Shown here piece after piece: positions 10,196 through 19,411 of a stretch of DNA of 52,890 nt. The position numbers were made by a program, and so were the translations under genes. The DNA comes from a virus (Duplodnaviria; Caudoviricetes). The stretch spans positions 1 through 52,890 of the IMG/VR virus record IMGVR_UViG_3300043777_000227. One strand, 5' to 3'. Positions within the stretch are counted from its first letter, which is position 1, and every line of letters starts with the position of its first letter. The notes under the pieces are model-generated. The model worked only from the letters and a program-made list of their open reading frames with translations. It had not been told where the DNA came from and ran no database searches.

Positions 10196-10582
10196 CTATT
10201 GGGAGCTCTGGGCTCCGACAATTTCTAGTTCGCGCTGGATGGCCTGGAATGCAGCCAAGTCCTGGTTGCGCGGGGATTCGGGCGCGCTCTGTCTACGAGA
10301 AAAGCCCACTGCCTGGCGGACTTGATCGTCCAACCAGCCGGCCCAAGCAATGCCCGATTTAATGAACTCTGAGTCTTCTAGCCGAGCTTGACGCTTGCCC
10401 TCTAGCTCGCTACGCAGCAGGCTGCGCTGCAGGCGAAGTTTCTTGGCTAGGTACATGAATCCAGGGTGGTACTGGAGCGACTGGACCTGCTGGGCTATCT
10501 CGGGAGTCATCTCCTCTAGTCGGTCGTCAGCCGCCACCTCAACCACCTGGATTTCCTTAGCTATCTTGGTAAACCAACTCAT
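10196..10582 (-). CDS. Hypothetical head-module protein
   Basis: 128 aa, ATGA overlap with the portal stop. Confidence 0.7.
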   Translation of the reverse strand: MSWFTKIAKEIQVVEVAADDRLEEMTPEIAQQVQSLQYHPGFMYLAKKLRLQRSLLRSELEGKRQARLEDSEFIKSGIAWAGWLDDQVRQAVGFSRRQSAPESPRNQDLAAFQAIQRELEIVGAQSSQ

Positions 10583-12669
10583 TCTGAGCCCCCTGGTACC
10601 TCACCTAACCCACTCAAGCCCATTCCCCCTGCGCCCATCATCCCACCAATTGACCGGGCTGCGGTGGTAGTGCCGGCACCGGGCAGCTTGCCTTCCTGCT
10701 GCATGCCACGAGGACGGCCGGGCTTGCCACCTGGCGTGTGGCCTTCCTTGCTCTGGTGAGACCACTTGGCCTTGGCCCCAGCGATGTCCATGCTCGAAGA
10801 GTGCTGCAGAGCGGCTTCCAGCGTCATCAACGCTATCTGCTGCTGGAGGGCTGCTTGCTGCTCCTGGGCCACTTGCTGGTCGGACTTGATTAGCTTGTTG
10901 ATATTGCGGATTTCGAACACCTTGCCCAGCTCACGGATGCCTTCACCCATGTTCCAATAAGGCGTCTGGCCAGCCCAATTGGCGTAGGCCAGCATGTTGC
11001 GCTGCCGGACCACTTTATTGGTGGCGTAGTTGGCGCAAACCAGGTCGAAGTCAAAATTGCCAATCAGCATTTCGGGCTTGACCAGTGGCCATTTCTCGAT
11101 GCCTACCGGCGCATCGGTAACCCGAACCTCCTCAGCCTGGGTCATATACTGCTGGATCATGGAAGCACACATCTCCAACATAGGCTGTAGGATGTCCAAC
11201 TCCATATTCCTAATGAACATCTTGAATCGGAAGTTCGACTCATTCATGACTTGGGAGATGCCTGTGGCTGTTTTGTTGCCCGAGCCGGTACCAACCCCCT
11301 TGGAGTAGAAATCGCTCACCCCCGAGCTTAGTTCGATCATGTTCTTGTACACATCCAACAGCGCGTAGTCGCCTCGCTGAGGTGTGAAGAACGGCAGGGG
11401 CGCAATGACCGTGTTGGGGTCGCCAACCACCCCAACCTTACCGCCAGGGGTGTTGAATAGGTTTAGCGCCGCATGGTCTATGTCCGCCTCGATGTTGTAG
11501 GCGTAGCGGCGATTGATGCCCAGATTCCAGTTGTCGGTGATCATGTTGACCATGCGATTCATTGCATCGTTCAGGTCAGAGATGATCTCGATGACGCCCA
11601 AGCCAAATTTCTCGTTGGGCAATTTAATAAAGCTAGTGTACAAGATTGGCGCTCTTTTATGGGCGAAGGGGTTTGGGCCATGGTAGAGGAGCACTCCAGC
11701 CCCGCCATAAACACGGCGCTTCCAGGCGGAGTAGCTGGCTTGGCGGTAGCTAGCGCGGAGGTCCTTCCAGGAGATTGCCTCGGTGTCCTTACCATAGGTC
11801 ATCAAAGTCAGAGTGTCGTTGGTCTCGTCCCACAGCTCGGCCATGCGGATGATGATGTTGTCGGGATCGACTTCCTGTTCGATAGCCTGGGCTAGTTTCA
11901 ACATACCCTCAGCACTATAGAGATTGGGGTTCATCTCGGATTCGCGCTTCATTTCGCCCCACGACTTCTCGCACATATGGGCAACTAGGCCTCCGTCTGG
12001 GTCTACCAGCAGGTCGTAGGCGTCAATAGGCGTCAGTCTGGGCCGTTGACGCGGAATCTTCTTCTCGATGGGGTGCACGGCTATGACTATTGGCGCTCCC
12101 GTAGAAGGATCAATTACCGGCTGTTGTTGGGGCTGGCCAGTCTGCGGATCGATGATTCGGTTGCCCATTGGATCGGTAACGGGCTGCATGGCTAGTTCTG
12201 GCTGGGCGTCTACCCCTTCATCATAGCCCCAGTCCCAGTCCACCTTAATGCCGGCAAAGCCGTAGATGGACAAATTGCGCATCAGCTCTTCTATCTGGGC
12301 GATGGCACGGGCTTTGTGCAGTTTGTAGCCCAGCACGGCTTGCATCGCCTCGCACGCCGAGTCATCAGCCTGGGAGCGGCCTTTGCACTCAAACCAAGGA
12401 TCGAAGCTGAAGAAAGCGTCCGAAGTTCGCGACACCACCGTCTCTACGTTGCTAAGCGCATAGGGCACAAAGGTGTTCGAGCGAGGCGTGGTGTTGTCTG
12501 GGAAGGTGTAGATATCCTGCTGGCCAACATACTGGCGGTAGAATAAGCTTCGGCGCTGATCATACTGCCTTCGAAAGAAGAGCATCCGGGTAATATTGGC
12601 GTCAGCTCGACGCGCAACTTTATCCAGGTCTTCTCTATCGCCAGGTAGTTGAGGGGGAATTTCTGGCAC
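10579..12669 (-). CDS. Portal protein (P22/podovirus-like)
   Basis: 696 aa upstream of scaffold and MCP; RSNTFVP, IYGFAGIKVDW, FGLGVIE...NRMVN, KTATGIS and a Gln-rich C-terminal barrel region. Confidence 0.85.
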   Translation of the reverse strand: MPEIPPQLPGDREDLDKVARRADANITRMLFFRRQYDQRRSLFYRQYVGQQDIYTFPDNTTPRSNTFVPYALSNVETVVSRTSDAFFSFDPWFECKGRSQADDSACEAMQAVLGYKLHKARAIAQIEELMRNLSIYGFAGIKVDWDWGYDEGVDAQPELAMQPVTDPMGNRIIDPQTGQPQQQPVIDPSTGAPIVIAVHPIEKKIPRQRPRLTPIDAYDLLVDPDGGLVAHMCEKSWGEMKRESEMNPNLYSAEGMLKLAQAIEQEVDPDNIIIRMAELWDETNDTLTLMTYGKDTEAISWKDLRASYRQASYSAWKRRVYGGAGVLLYHGPNPFAHKRAPILYTSFIKLPNEKFGLGVIEIISDLNDAMNRMVNMITDNWNLGINRRYAYNIEADIDHAALNLFNTPGGKVGVVGDPNTVIAPLPFFTPQRGDYALLDVYKNMIELSSGVSDFYSKGVGTGSGNKTATGISQVMNESNFRFKMFIRNMELDILQPMLEMCASMIQQYMTQAEEVRVTDAPVGIEKWPLVKPEMLIGNFDFDLVCANYATNKVVRQRNMLAYANWAGQTPYWNMGEGIRELGKVFEIRNINKLIKSDQQVAQEQQAALQQQIALMTLEAALQHSSSMDIAGAKAKWSHQSKEGHTPGGKPGRPRGMQQEGKLPGAGTTTAARSIGGMMGAGGMGLSGLGEVPGGSE

Positions 12670-12672
12670 GAA

Positions 12673-12984
12673 TTAGCCTCGGTTCAAGAGCTGTGTGTAG
12701 ACCGTTACGGTAGTGGCGCCGGCGTTGTACACCGCGTAGCTATCGTAGTAGTCCGAGAGGTCATAGACCGCCACGACGTTAGCGGGGATACGGAAGTTGG
12801 TGGCAGCGGGCACCTTTGCATTAGCCGCATTGAAGAAGATAATTGTAATATCTCCCGTGGCGTTAATGGCGAAAATGGTCCGATTGCCTAGGGTTTTAGT
12901 TGCCCCAGCGGTTGTGCCGGCTACTGTATAACTGGCGTCAGAGCCCGGCCCACCTGGCACAAAGATTGATGTAAATGTAGCCAA
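12673..12984 (-). CDS. Small beta-rich putative virion protein
   Basis: 103 aa, Thr/Ala/aromatic-rich, AAGGAG RBS. Confidence 0.6.
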   Translation of the reverse strand: MATFTSIFVPGGPGSDASYTVAGTTAGATKTLGNRTIFAINATGDITIIFFNAANAKVPAATNFRIPANVVAVYDLSDYYDSYAVYNAGATTVTVYTQLLNRG

Positions 12985-12995
12985 AGAAATTCTCC

Positions 12996-14330
12996 TTAGA
13001 ATACCGAGCAGTAACTGCCGCGCTTGACGATGAAGTTGTCGGTGCCGGTGGTAGTAAATGCGTAAACGCTGAAAACGCCTGGTGTAGCGTTAGAGGGTTG
13101 CTCAATTGTCCCGTCCAGGGTGGCTTCCCAGATGGTGGTAGCCGCTGAGGGGGTGAACTGTACAACTGATGTTGGCGTGGTGGATGCGAGGTTTTGAAGA
13201 TTACCGGCTGTAAAGGTTGAGGCGCTAATTTCCACAACCCCCATCACGCTTAGGTTGGTTGGAGCGGTGCCGGTAACTCCCACACCGAATTGGTCTACAA
13301 CTGCTGCCGAAGCCTGATCGTACATCAGCCCGCAGTGGAAGCTATAATTAGCTGCCTTGGAAGTGGGGAGTGTGTAGGACAGCCCTGTGATTAGCTGGAG
13401 CGATGCAGAGGTTGAGTCGGTGAAGTCCGAGGTGACGAACACCTTGTTTCCACCAGAGAAAACCTCAGCTGTGGTGATATTTTTAGCGTCGTCAGTGATC
13501 GAGGAGTTTGAGCCGCAGGCACCAGCACCGCCTCCTTTAAAGAGAACATTAGAGGTTAAAGCTGCTGTCATAGCAAACGCTGTGGTTGAGGTGGCGCAGG
13601 CCACACCGCCTGAGGTTAACCCAGAGTTAGTTTCAGTTAGCGCCAGGCTCTTGTTGGTAAGGGACTGAGTGCCGGCTAGGTTGACCAGAGTATCAGTAGC
13701 TGCGGGGATCGTTACGGTGAACACCGACGCGGCTGAAGCTGGAGAGAGGATGATGCCTCCCGTAGCCGTCGAGCTGGCCAGCTCCAAGGTTCCGTTAGAG
13801 GTACCGGGAATTCCCAAGGTTGGGGTTACCGAGAACGAGATAGCCGACGCTGAAGTACCAACAAGCATTGTGCCCTGGGCGGGGACGATCACCGAGCCAG
13901 TTACTACCGAGGCAGCGTTAGTCCAATCCAATAACCCGCTGGCTGCGGTGCCCGGCCAGATATACTCGAAGGCGGTGACCGCTGCAGGACATTCCTCGGT
14001 GATTGAATTGGCCGTGGCGTGACCGTTAGCTGAACCTTGCACGCATAGAAAGTAGCCAGCTGTACTACCACTTGCTTTGAAGCTGGGGGCCGTTATTCCA
14101 CCAGCATCGGTACACGTTAAGACATTAGCTGTGGTGATTCCCTGATCGCACAAGCTTGCTGCGCCGATGGTGGTGGTGCCAGTGGCTAGGGGCAGGAAGC
14201 CGTTGGTTTGGCCTGAAACTGTACCCGATGCCCCAGCAGCTCCTGCACCTCCATTAAATTGGCCCTGTGCAACCGCTAGACTGGTACACAGCACAATTCC
14301 TACTAGAATTGAAAGAAACTTAGTTTTCAT
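12996..14330 (-). CDS. Signal-peptide-bearing Thr/Ser/Gly-rich fibre-like protein
   Basis: Likely start ATG 14330: MKTKFLSILVGIVLCTSLAVAQ. Shares a module with the C-terminal part of 1059-6260. Confidence 0.7.
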   Translation of the reverse strand: MKTKFLSILVGIVLCTSLAVAQGQFNGGAGAAGASGTVSGQTNGFLPLATGTTTIGAASLCDQGITTANVLTCTDAGGITAPSFKASGSTAGYFLCVQGSANGHATANSITEECPAAVTAFEYIWPGTAASGLLDWTNAASVVTGSVIVPAQGTMLVGTSASAISFSVTPTLGIPGTSNGTLELASSTATGGIILSPASAASVFTVTIPAATDTLVNLAGTQSLTNKSLALTETNSGLTSGGVACATSTTAFAMTAALTSNVLFKGGGAGACGSNSSITDDAKNITTAEVFSGGNKVFVTSDFTDSTSASLQLITGLSYTLPTSKAANYSFHCGLMYDQASAAVVDQFGVGVTGTAPTNLSVMGVVEISASTFTAGNLQNLASTTPTSVVQFTPSAATTIWEATLDGTIEQPSNATPGVFSVYAFTTTGTDNFIVKRGSYCSVF

Positions 14331-14625
14331 TTTTGGAGTCTTCCAAGATAACTCGATCAAAAGGTTCGAAGTCCCACTTGCCTTTTTCCCAGCTATCTAC
14401 GCCCTTTTTAAGCGCCTGGTAGGCTTCTTCAACTCGCTGGCGACGCAGTTCGGGCGGGGTGGTGGCTATCATATACCAATAATAAGCCATCCAGCAGTCC
14501 TTACAGCCTCGGGGCTGGGGCACCTTGTTGCTACCCAGATAGTTGTGCTTCGCGCAGACAAGCTGGATTTTCTCCTTGTCCAGCACTTCCTTCGCGTAGG
14601 CTTCTTTTTGGGCGGCGGTTAACAC
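14320..14625 (-). CDS. Hypothetical protein with CxxH/CxxC Zn-binding motif
   Basis: CAKH...GCKDCW; packed in the operon. Confidence 0.6.
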   Translation of the reverse strand: MLTAAQKEAYAKEVLDKEKIQLVCAKHNYLGSNKVPQPRGCKDCWMAYYWYMIATTPPELRRQRVEEAYQALKKGVDSWEKGKWDFEPFDRVILEDSKNEN

Positions 14626-14652
14626 TTTATAATCCCTAGGGGCTTCGGCGAG

Positions 14653-15018
14653 TTAGCCAGGATCACCTGTGCTGGGACCTTGAGGGGTGGGAAGGTCCTT
14701 CCTCGCCGAAGCTAACTCTTTGTCTAAAATAGGTTCCAGGCGCATCGAGGATAGTTGAAACCAGTTCAATGTCAGGCGCATGCCGGTGTAGCCAGCCAGC
14801 AGGAGAGGCAGATCGAAGTACACCATCCCCCAGATCAGCATAAGGCTGGGCACCGTGACGCCTACAAAGCAGCCTTCCAGCGGACTAGCCAGATGCACCA
14901 CTAACCACCTGACGAGCGGATTCGCCTCTATCCTGGGGCCATATTTTTCTAGGCGCCGGGACGTAAAGAGCGTATCTGCTAGGGTGGCTAGGAATGCCAG
15001 GATAGCTAAGATGAGCAC
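14653..15018 (-). CDS. Membrane protein, DUF5658-like
   Basis: LADTLFT....YG..EANPLV motif plus 3 hydrophobic segments. Confidence 0.55.
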   Translation of the reverse strand: MLILAILAFLATLADTLFTSRRLEKYGPRIEANPLVRWLVVHLASPLEGCFVGVTVPSLMLIWGMVYFDLPLLLAGYTGMRLTLNWFQLSSMRLEPILDKELASARKDLPTPQGPSTGDPG

Positions 15019-15296
15019 TAAAGCGCCGAGGTCTTGCCGACTTCCACCTTGCCGTGGCCGCTATATGCGGGCTGGGCGAACTGGGAGTCATAGGCTTCGT
15101 GCCGCTGGGCGGAGTACTCCTGGCTGACGTTGGTGTAGGCGTGCGAGCCGGGGGTGTCGTGCATCTCGCCATCCACGCTAGAGCGAATATTGCCGGCGGT
15201 GTGTGCGACAGTCGGGCTATCTTCGGACATCTCCCCGCCAAGGTGAGGGGCGGCGCTATGCCATTTCGGGTTGGGGTTTTTCGCTGCGACGTTCAT
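15018..15296 (-). CDS. Small disordered hypothetical protein
   Basis: 92 aa, AGGAG RBS, His/Ser/Ala-rich. Confidence 0.6.
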   Translation of the reverse strand: MNVAAKNPNPKWHSAAPHLGGEMSEDSPTVAHTAGNIRSSVDGEMHDTPGSHAYTNVSQEYSAQRHEAYDSQFAQPAYSGHGKVEVGKTSAL

Positions 15297-15304
15297 AGTG
15301 TCTC

Positions 15305-15517
15305 CTAAAAGGTTCCGTCATGGCCCATATCACAGCTGTAGTCCATGTGACAGGGCGCTGAATCATAAGATTTGGCGTTCGGGTCAGCGACTGAGTTGCC
15401 GCTAGCCTCGCCATCAGAAGTGTGCTGGGGGACCATTTGCGGCGCTGTACTGCCCGCCATGTCATCTCCCCTAGTGCGGGGGCCTTCCTGCAGGCCGGCC
15501 CATTGGTTCTCGCTCAT
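15305..15517 (-). CDS. Small disordered acidic hypothetical protein
   Basis: 70 aa, ATGA coupling to the upstream ORF. Confidence 0.55.
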   Translation of the reverse strand: MSENQWAGLQEGPRTRGDDMAGSTAPQMVPQHTSDGEASGNSVADPNAKSYDSAPCHMDYSCDMGHDGTF

Positions 15518-15951
15518 TGGATGTTTGCTCCTGCACCTGAGGAGGTGCTAGTTGTGGGCGTTGCTGGGATATTGACTGGTTTGCTGGCTCCAGGCGTCGA
15601 GCTTGGGCCATCGCTAGGCGGTACTGCGCCGGCGTGCGAGCGGCTTTGCCAGCTGCCAGTACCTACCGGGTAGTCAATCACCTGGTCGTTGGCGCCGGGG
15701 TCCATGCGCACCACTTCGTGCGTGGAGGCGCCAGGAATATACATAGAAGCCGAGGGGGCTTGGGGGCCGCCTGCGCCAGGAGCGCTAGGTCCTCCGGACA
15801 TTGGTTTAGACATCGGGGGCATCATAATTGGTCCTTCATCCGGCGCTATGCCGGGAATTGGGCCGCGTGGCGGCACCATAGGGGGATTGCCCCGCATCAC
15901 TATTTGGGATGCTGGGCCAGAAATTCCGGGATCGCTAGCTTCCCGCGCCAT
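15514..15951 (-). CDS. Pro/Gly/Met-rich disordered hypothetical protein
   Basis: 145 aa, GAGG RBS, coupled stop/start. Confidence 0.6.
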   Translation of the reverse strand: MAREASDPGISGPASQIVMRGNPPMVPPRGPIPGIAPDEGPIMMPPMSKPMSGGPSAPGAGGPQAPSASMYIPGASTHEVVRMDPGANDQVIDYPVGTGSWQSRSHAGAVPPSDGPSSTPGASKPVNIPATPTTSTSSGAGANIQ

Positions 15952-16132
15952 CGTGGACCTCGCAGTCCATATAAACTATCTCGTGCATGCTGCCGCCGGG
16001 GATGTGCGTTTCTCTTTTGGGCTTCCAACCGGCCTTCCGAAGCGTGCCATACACATAAGCGTCCGCGTGCTCGCCCGAGAGGCCTTTTTTAGAGGCCTCC
16101 CGTTCGAGTTTGTGTTCTAGTGCTTTGGGCAT
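15935..16132 (-). CDS. Small basic hypothetical phage protein
   Basis: 65 aa, ADAYVYGTLRKAGWKP; starts immediately after the upstream stop. Confidence 0.6.
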   Translation of the reverse strand: MPKALEHKLEREASKKGLSGEHADAYVYGTLRKAGWKPKRETHIPGGSMHEIVYMDCEVHDGAGS

Positions 16133-16133
16133 T

Positions 16134-16637
16134 CTAGCCGATCTGAGCTATCTCGATCTGCAAGTTGCCACCAACCAAGCCCGTGGGGGCATGGCCAGCA
16201 ACAGAAATACCCAGCTGATCGCCAGCATTCATCAAGAGAACACTCTTGGTTGCGGTGAGGGTTAGCTCTTGGCGTGTGTTAGCGACGATGGTGTGCAGGT
16301 TTACTGTAGCCGCAAGGATACTAGTGCCCGAAGTGATCGCCGTGGCATCTGCCGTAACCTTCAAGCAGTCCAGGGTTGGGGGCGTAGCATCCGAGCTAAT
16401 TACTGAGCAGTTGAAGCGAGCGTTGAGAATTTTGCAATTCCACGGCGCTTCAAATATCCACTTCGTTCCCGTCGCCGCAAAGGTGACCACATCCACGTTT
16501 ACCGAGACAACTTCCCTGGTTGTGGGCTTGTAGGCGGTGACTGTAGGGCTTGCGGCCGGTGCACCGGCATAACCACTAGCCTCTTGTAGGGTAGTGAGAA
16601 CGCCAAGGACCGGGTTTTCAGCAACAAATAGAGCCAT
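16134..16637 (-). CDS. Putative virion structural/decoration protein
   Basis: 167 aa, beta-rich (WIFEAPWNCKIL...AGDQLGISV), AAGGAG RBS. Confidence 0.55.
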   Translation of the reverse strand: MALFVAENPVLGVLTTLQEASGYAGAPAASPTVTAYKPTTREVVSVNVDVVTFAATGTKWIFEAPWNCKILNARFNCSVISSDATPPTLDCLKVTADATAITSGTSILAATVNLHTIVANTRQELTLTATKSVLLMNAGDQLGISVAGHAPTGLVGGNLQIEIAQIG

Positions 16638-16664
16638 GACTATTCTCCTTTAGCAGTCAGCGCC

Positions 16665-17306
16665 TTAGCTAGAGAAGGCGATGATCGCTCCGAAGGAGAT
16701 GGTCACCGCAGAGGTGGTGACTGTGGGGTAGTAAATCGTGAAGCCGGTGGTCGTCACTGCGCCCAGGCTGAGCTTGTTGGTGCCAGTCTGGAACAAAGCT
16801 GCGGCCGTGGAGCTGTCTGAGCCGTTGCCGGCGTAGAACAAGTTCACCCAAACGGGCAGGGCGCCCTTGGTGTCTACAGCGGTTGCGGCGGAGTTGACTT
16901 CGGCCACCACTCCCGAGTTGCTCGCAGCAAAGTAGCTGCCGTTAACCGAGCTAACCGTGAGGTTGGTGACGTTGTTGCCGGAGTTGGTGAAGCCGGTGAC
17001 CGCCACCACATCTCCAACTGCAATGCGGGTAATCGGTCCAAAGCTATAGTAATCGGCATAGGTCGAGGTCGTGGCGTCCACCTTGACCTGGGTGAGGGGC
17101 AGCACGAAGGTGTTTCCAAAGGTCTGCGTGCCGTCAATGAAGCCTACCGCTACTGAAGTGGCGGTAGAGCCTGATAGAATCGTCCCGTAGCCGTAGAGGG
17201 TCTTGGCTAGCGGGCCGCCATTCTGGTCAGCGATTATCTGTCCGCCTAGGGCGGAGGTAGCCGGCTGGCCGATGTAACTAAGATTAACTTGAGCTGATGC
17301 TCCCAT
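16665..17306 (-). CDS. Putative virion structural protein (beta-rich)
   Basis: 213 aa, Thr/Ser/Gly/Val-rich; IAVGDVVAVTGFTNSGNN module. Confidence 0.55.
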   Translation of the reverse strand: MGASAQVNLSYIGQPATSALGGQIIADQNGGPLAKTLYGYGTILSGSTATSVAVGFIDGTQTFGNTFVLPLTQVKVDATTSTYADYYSFGPITRIAVGDVVAVTGFTNSGNNVTNLTVSSVNGSYFAASNSGVVAEVNSAATAVDTKGALPVWVNLFYAGNGSDSSTAAALFQTGTNKLSLGAVTTTGFTIYYPTVTTSAVTISFGAIIAFSS

Positions 17307-18123
17307 CGGGATTTGTTTCCTTGTTTGTGGGTTGCGTCCGGGAAGGATCGCCGGACGGGTCTATTAAACCGGGAATTTCTTCGCCGGCTTCTCTGGCTCG
17401 GTAGGGCAGGCTGTCTTTAGGCAGCTGGAAGACCCGCGTTGTCGGGGGTCCGGGGTACGCTATGTCCCAGTGGTCGCACAAAATGCCGCCGTGCGCCACT
17501 ATCTTGAAGCCTGCGTGCCTAACCGAATTGCAGAAACTTATGTCTTCGCTCACTACCACTGAGCTGACTGCGGGATCGCACGATTTGACGTCGATCCAGG
17601 GGAACCAAGGCTTGGGGATGTGCTTGAACACCTCGCACTTAATCATCATACAACCCGCGCCCATCCCCGAAACTTCAAAAACTTCCCCTACTCGCCAGTC
17701 CCAAAATGGCCCCAACCCCAATCCCCTGAAGATTACTGGCCCTGGCGGGTCGCATTTAGTCATGTAAATGCCGCCAGCGGCCATTACCTTAGGGTTGTTC
17801 TCCAGCACATAGTGCAATCGGCGGAGAGCATTTGGCGGTGGGATGGTGTCATCGTCCACGAACCAGAGGTACTTGGCCTCGGCTTTGACCGCTTCCTCAG
17901 CGATTAACTCCCTAGCCACCTCGACTGGCCGGTCGTTGATCATCAGCATGCCACAACTCAGATGGGTTGGCGGCGGCTGCATGGACATGGCCACCACCAG
18001 CTCGCGTGGCACCATCTGGCGGTTACTGGCTAGGCCGGTGAGCAGCCCTACCCGATACCCCTCCGGGAAGGCTGCCGGTAACGAGCCCCTCGCTTGCACT
18101 ATCTTCTCTGGCGTCTCTGACAA
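17284..18123 (-). CDS. Glycosyltransferase family 2 (GT-A fold)
   Basis: ARELIAEEA...YLWFVDDDTIPP (DxD), GMGAGCMMIKCEVF, PWF, SEDISFC...GFKI. Confidence 0.85.
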   Translation of the reverse strand: MSETPEKIVQARGSLPAAFPEGYRVGLLTGLASNRQMVPRELVVAMSMQPPPTHLSCGMLMINDRPVEVARELIAEEAVKAEAKYLWFVDDDTIPPPNALRRLHYVLENNPKVMAAGGIYMTKCDPPGPVIFRGLGLGPFWDWRVGEVFEVSGMGAGCMMIKCEVFKHIPKPWFPWIDVKSCDPAVSSVVVSEDISFCNSVRHAGFKIVAHGGILCDHWDIAYPGPPTTRVFQLPKDSLPYRAREAGEEIPGLIDPSGDPSRTQPTNKETNPDGSISSS

Positions 18124-18274
18124 AGGTTCCCCCCTCGATGCGAATTATATGCTGCTTGAGTTCTCCACATTGCGTGCAGATCGCTGGGATAATGATTCGG
18201 TTAGGGACCCCCTCAACCTGAATCATTTCCTCGACGTGGAAGCGATGCTGGCCTTCGCAGATGTCACTTGCCAC
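18023..18274 (-). CDS. Small Zn-ribbon-like hypothetical protein
   Basis: C...H / CTQCG; overlaps the GT2 start, so the boundaries are uncertain. Confidence 0.4.
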   Translation of the reverse strand: MASDICEGQHRFHVEEMIQVEGVPNRIIIPAICTQCGELKQHIIRIEGGTFVRDAREDSASEGLVTGSLPGGVSGRAAHRPSQ

Positions 18275-18422
18275 GGCTAATCTCCACCAAATTTTCTGAC
18301 ACCTGGACTTCCCTGATGCGGAACTTGGCCGGGATGTTGCCCTCCTGGCTAGGTGCTGGGTCTTTCTCCTCAGCGATTTGACGCTGGAGATTGGCTATGG
18401 CCTGCTGGAAGGCGGTGTTCAC
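18264..18422 (-). CDS. Small hypothetical protein (52 aa)
   Basis: Manual translation from a GTG overlapping the upstream stop (VNTAFQQAIANLQRQIAEEK...); fills the gap in the operon. Confidence 0.45.
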   Translation of the reverse strand: MNTAFQQAIANLQRQIAEEKDPAPSQEGNIPAKFRIREVQVSENLVEISRGK

Positions 18423-19081
18423 AGCGTTCCCTTGACGTAATAGGCTGGCTCAGCTAGGCGCAGAGCGAAATCGAATATCTTCAATGCAAAGGGCACTGGC
18501 TTGAGGTCGTTGCGAATTTTCTGGATGTACATATCGGCTGCTTGGTGAACGTCCTTGGCGGCTCCTTGAAGGTCGTTAGAGCCATTTCGTATCGCCAAGA
18601 AGGTTGCGGGGATGTCCGGATCGCCGGTTAGGGTCTTCAGATTATATGCTGTGCTATTCAAATCGGCTATACCAGGCGCCATCGAGCTAACCTGTAGATC
18701 GAGATTGTCCAGGGAGGACCCAATTTCGATTTGAGTAGCATGCAGGTCCTGCAGGGTTTGAGGGATTAGCTGTTGGTTGATCGCCAGGGAGGTGTCCGTC
18801 GTCGCTGTCTGGATCGCCAGAAGGGTATTTAAAACCTGTCGCGTCGTCGTCAGGATGGCCTTCGACTCGACCTGGGAGTTGTCCTCGACTATCTGGGTCG
18901 TCTTGCGCACATTCCTGGCGGTTAGAGTCGCCTCGTCCAGGAAGGCGTTGGTATGTAGCACAAGCTCCGGCAGGCCCTTCACCGCTGGATACGCTAACCA
19001 GCATCCATACCCCAGTGCGCAAAGTAACAATATCACCAGGACGTGCCTGATTAGCGTCAGAGCCTGCAGGAGTTTGGCCAT
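18419..19081 (-). CDS. Membrane-anchored coiled-coil protein (possible spanin-like lysis accessory)
   Basis: N-terminal TM helix followed by a long amphipathic helical region; function inferred from topology only. Confidence 0.5.
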   Translation of the reverse strand: MAKLLQALTLIRHVLVILLLCALGYGCWLAYPAVKGLPELVLHTNAFLDEATLTARNVRKTTQIVEDNSQVESKAILTTTRQVLNTLLAIQTATTDTSLAINQQLIPQTLQDLHATQIEIGSSLDNLDLQVSSMAPGIADLNSTAYNLKTLTGDPDIPATFLAIRNGSNDLQGAAKDVHQAADMYIQKIRNDLKPVPFALKIFDFALRLAEPAYYVKGTL

Positions 19082-19087
19082 TATCCA

Positions 19088-19411
19088 TTAGGCTGCGGGT
19101 GTTGAGGTGCTGGGCGTGGAACTGGCTGGCGGGGCTGTGGCTGCAGCTACTGCGGCGTTGAGCGCTGCGGCTTGGGCGTTGATGGCCTGTGCGGCCGACT
19201 CAACTGCCTGGTCACTATCACCGCCCGCTAGAGCCGCTAGAATCGCTGCGGCTTCCGACTGAATTTCTGCTGTTGCTGAGCTGACTGCTGTGGTTAGGGC
19301 GGTGACTGCCGCTTGCAAATCGGTAAGGCCTTGTGCCATCTTTAGTATCTCCTGTACGACCATGGTGAGTTGTCCGTTGATTTCCCGAAGCAGACTCTTG
19401 TCGGTTGTCAA
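19088..19411 (-). CDS. Ala-rich helical hypothetical protein
   Basis: Start is either TTG 19411 (overlapping the upstream stop) or ATG 19339 (AGGAG RBS). Confidence 0.55.
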   Translation of the reverse strand: MTTDKSLLREINGQLTMVVQEILKMAQGLTDLQAAVTALTTAVSSATAEIQSEAAAILAALAGGDSDQAVESAAQAINAQAAALNAAVAAATAPPASSTPSTSTPAA

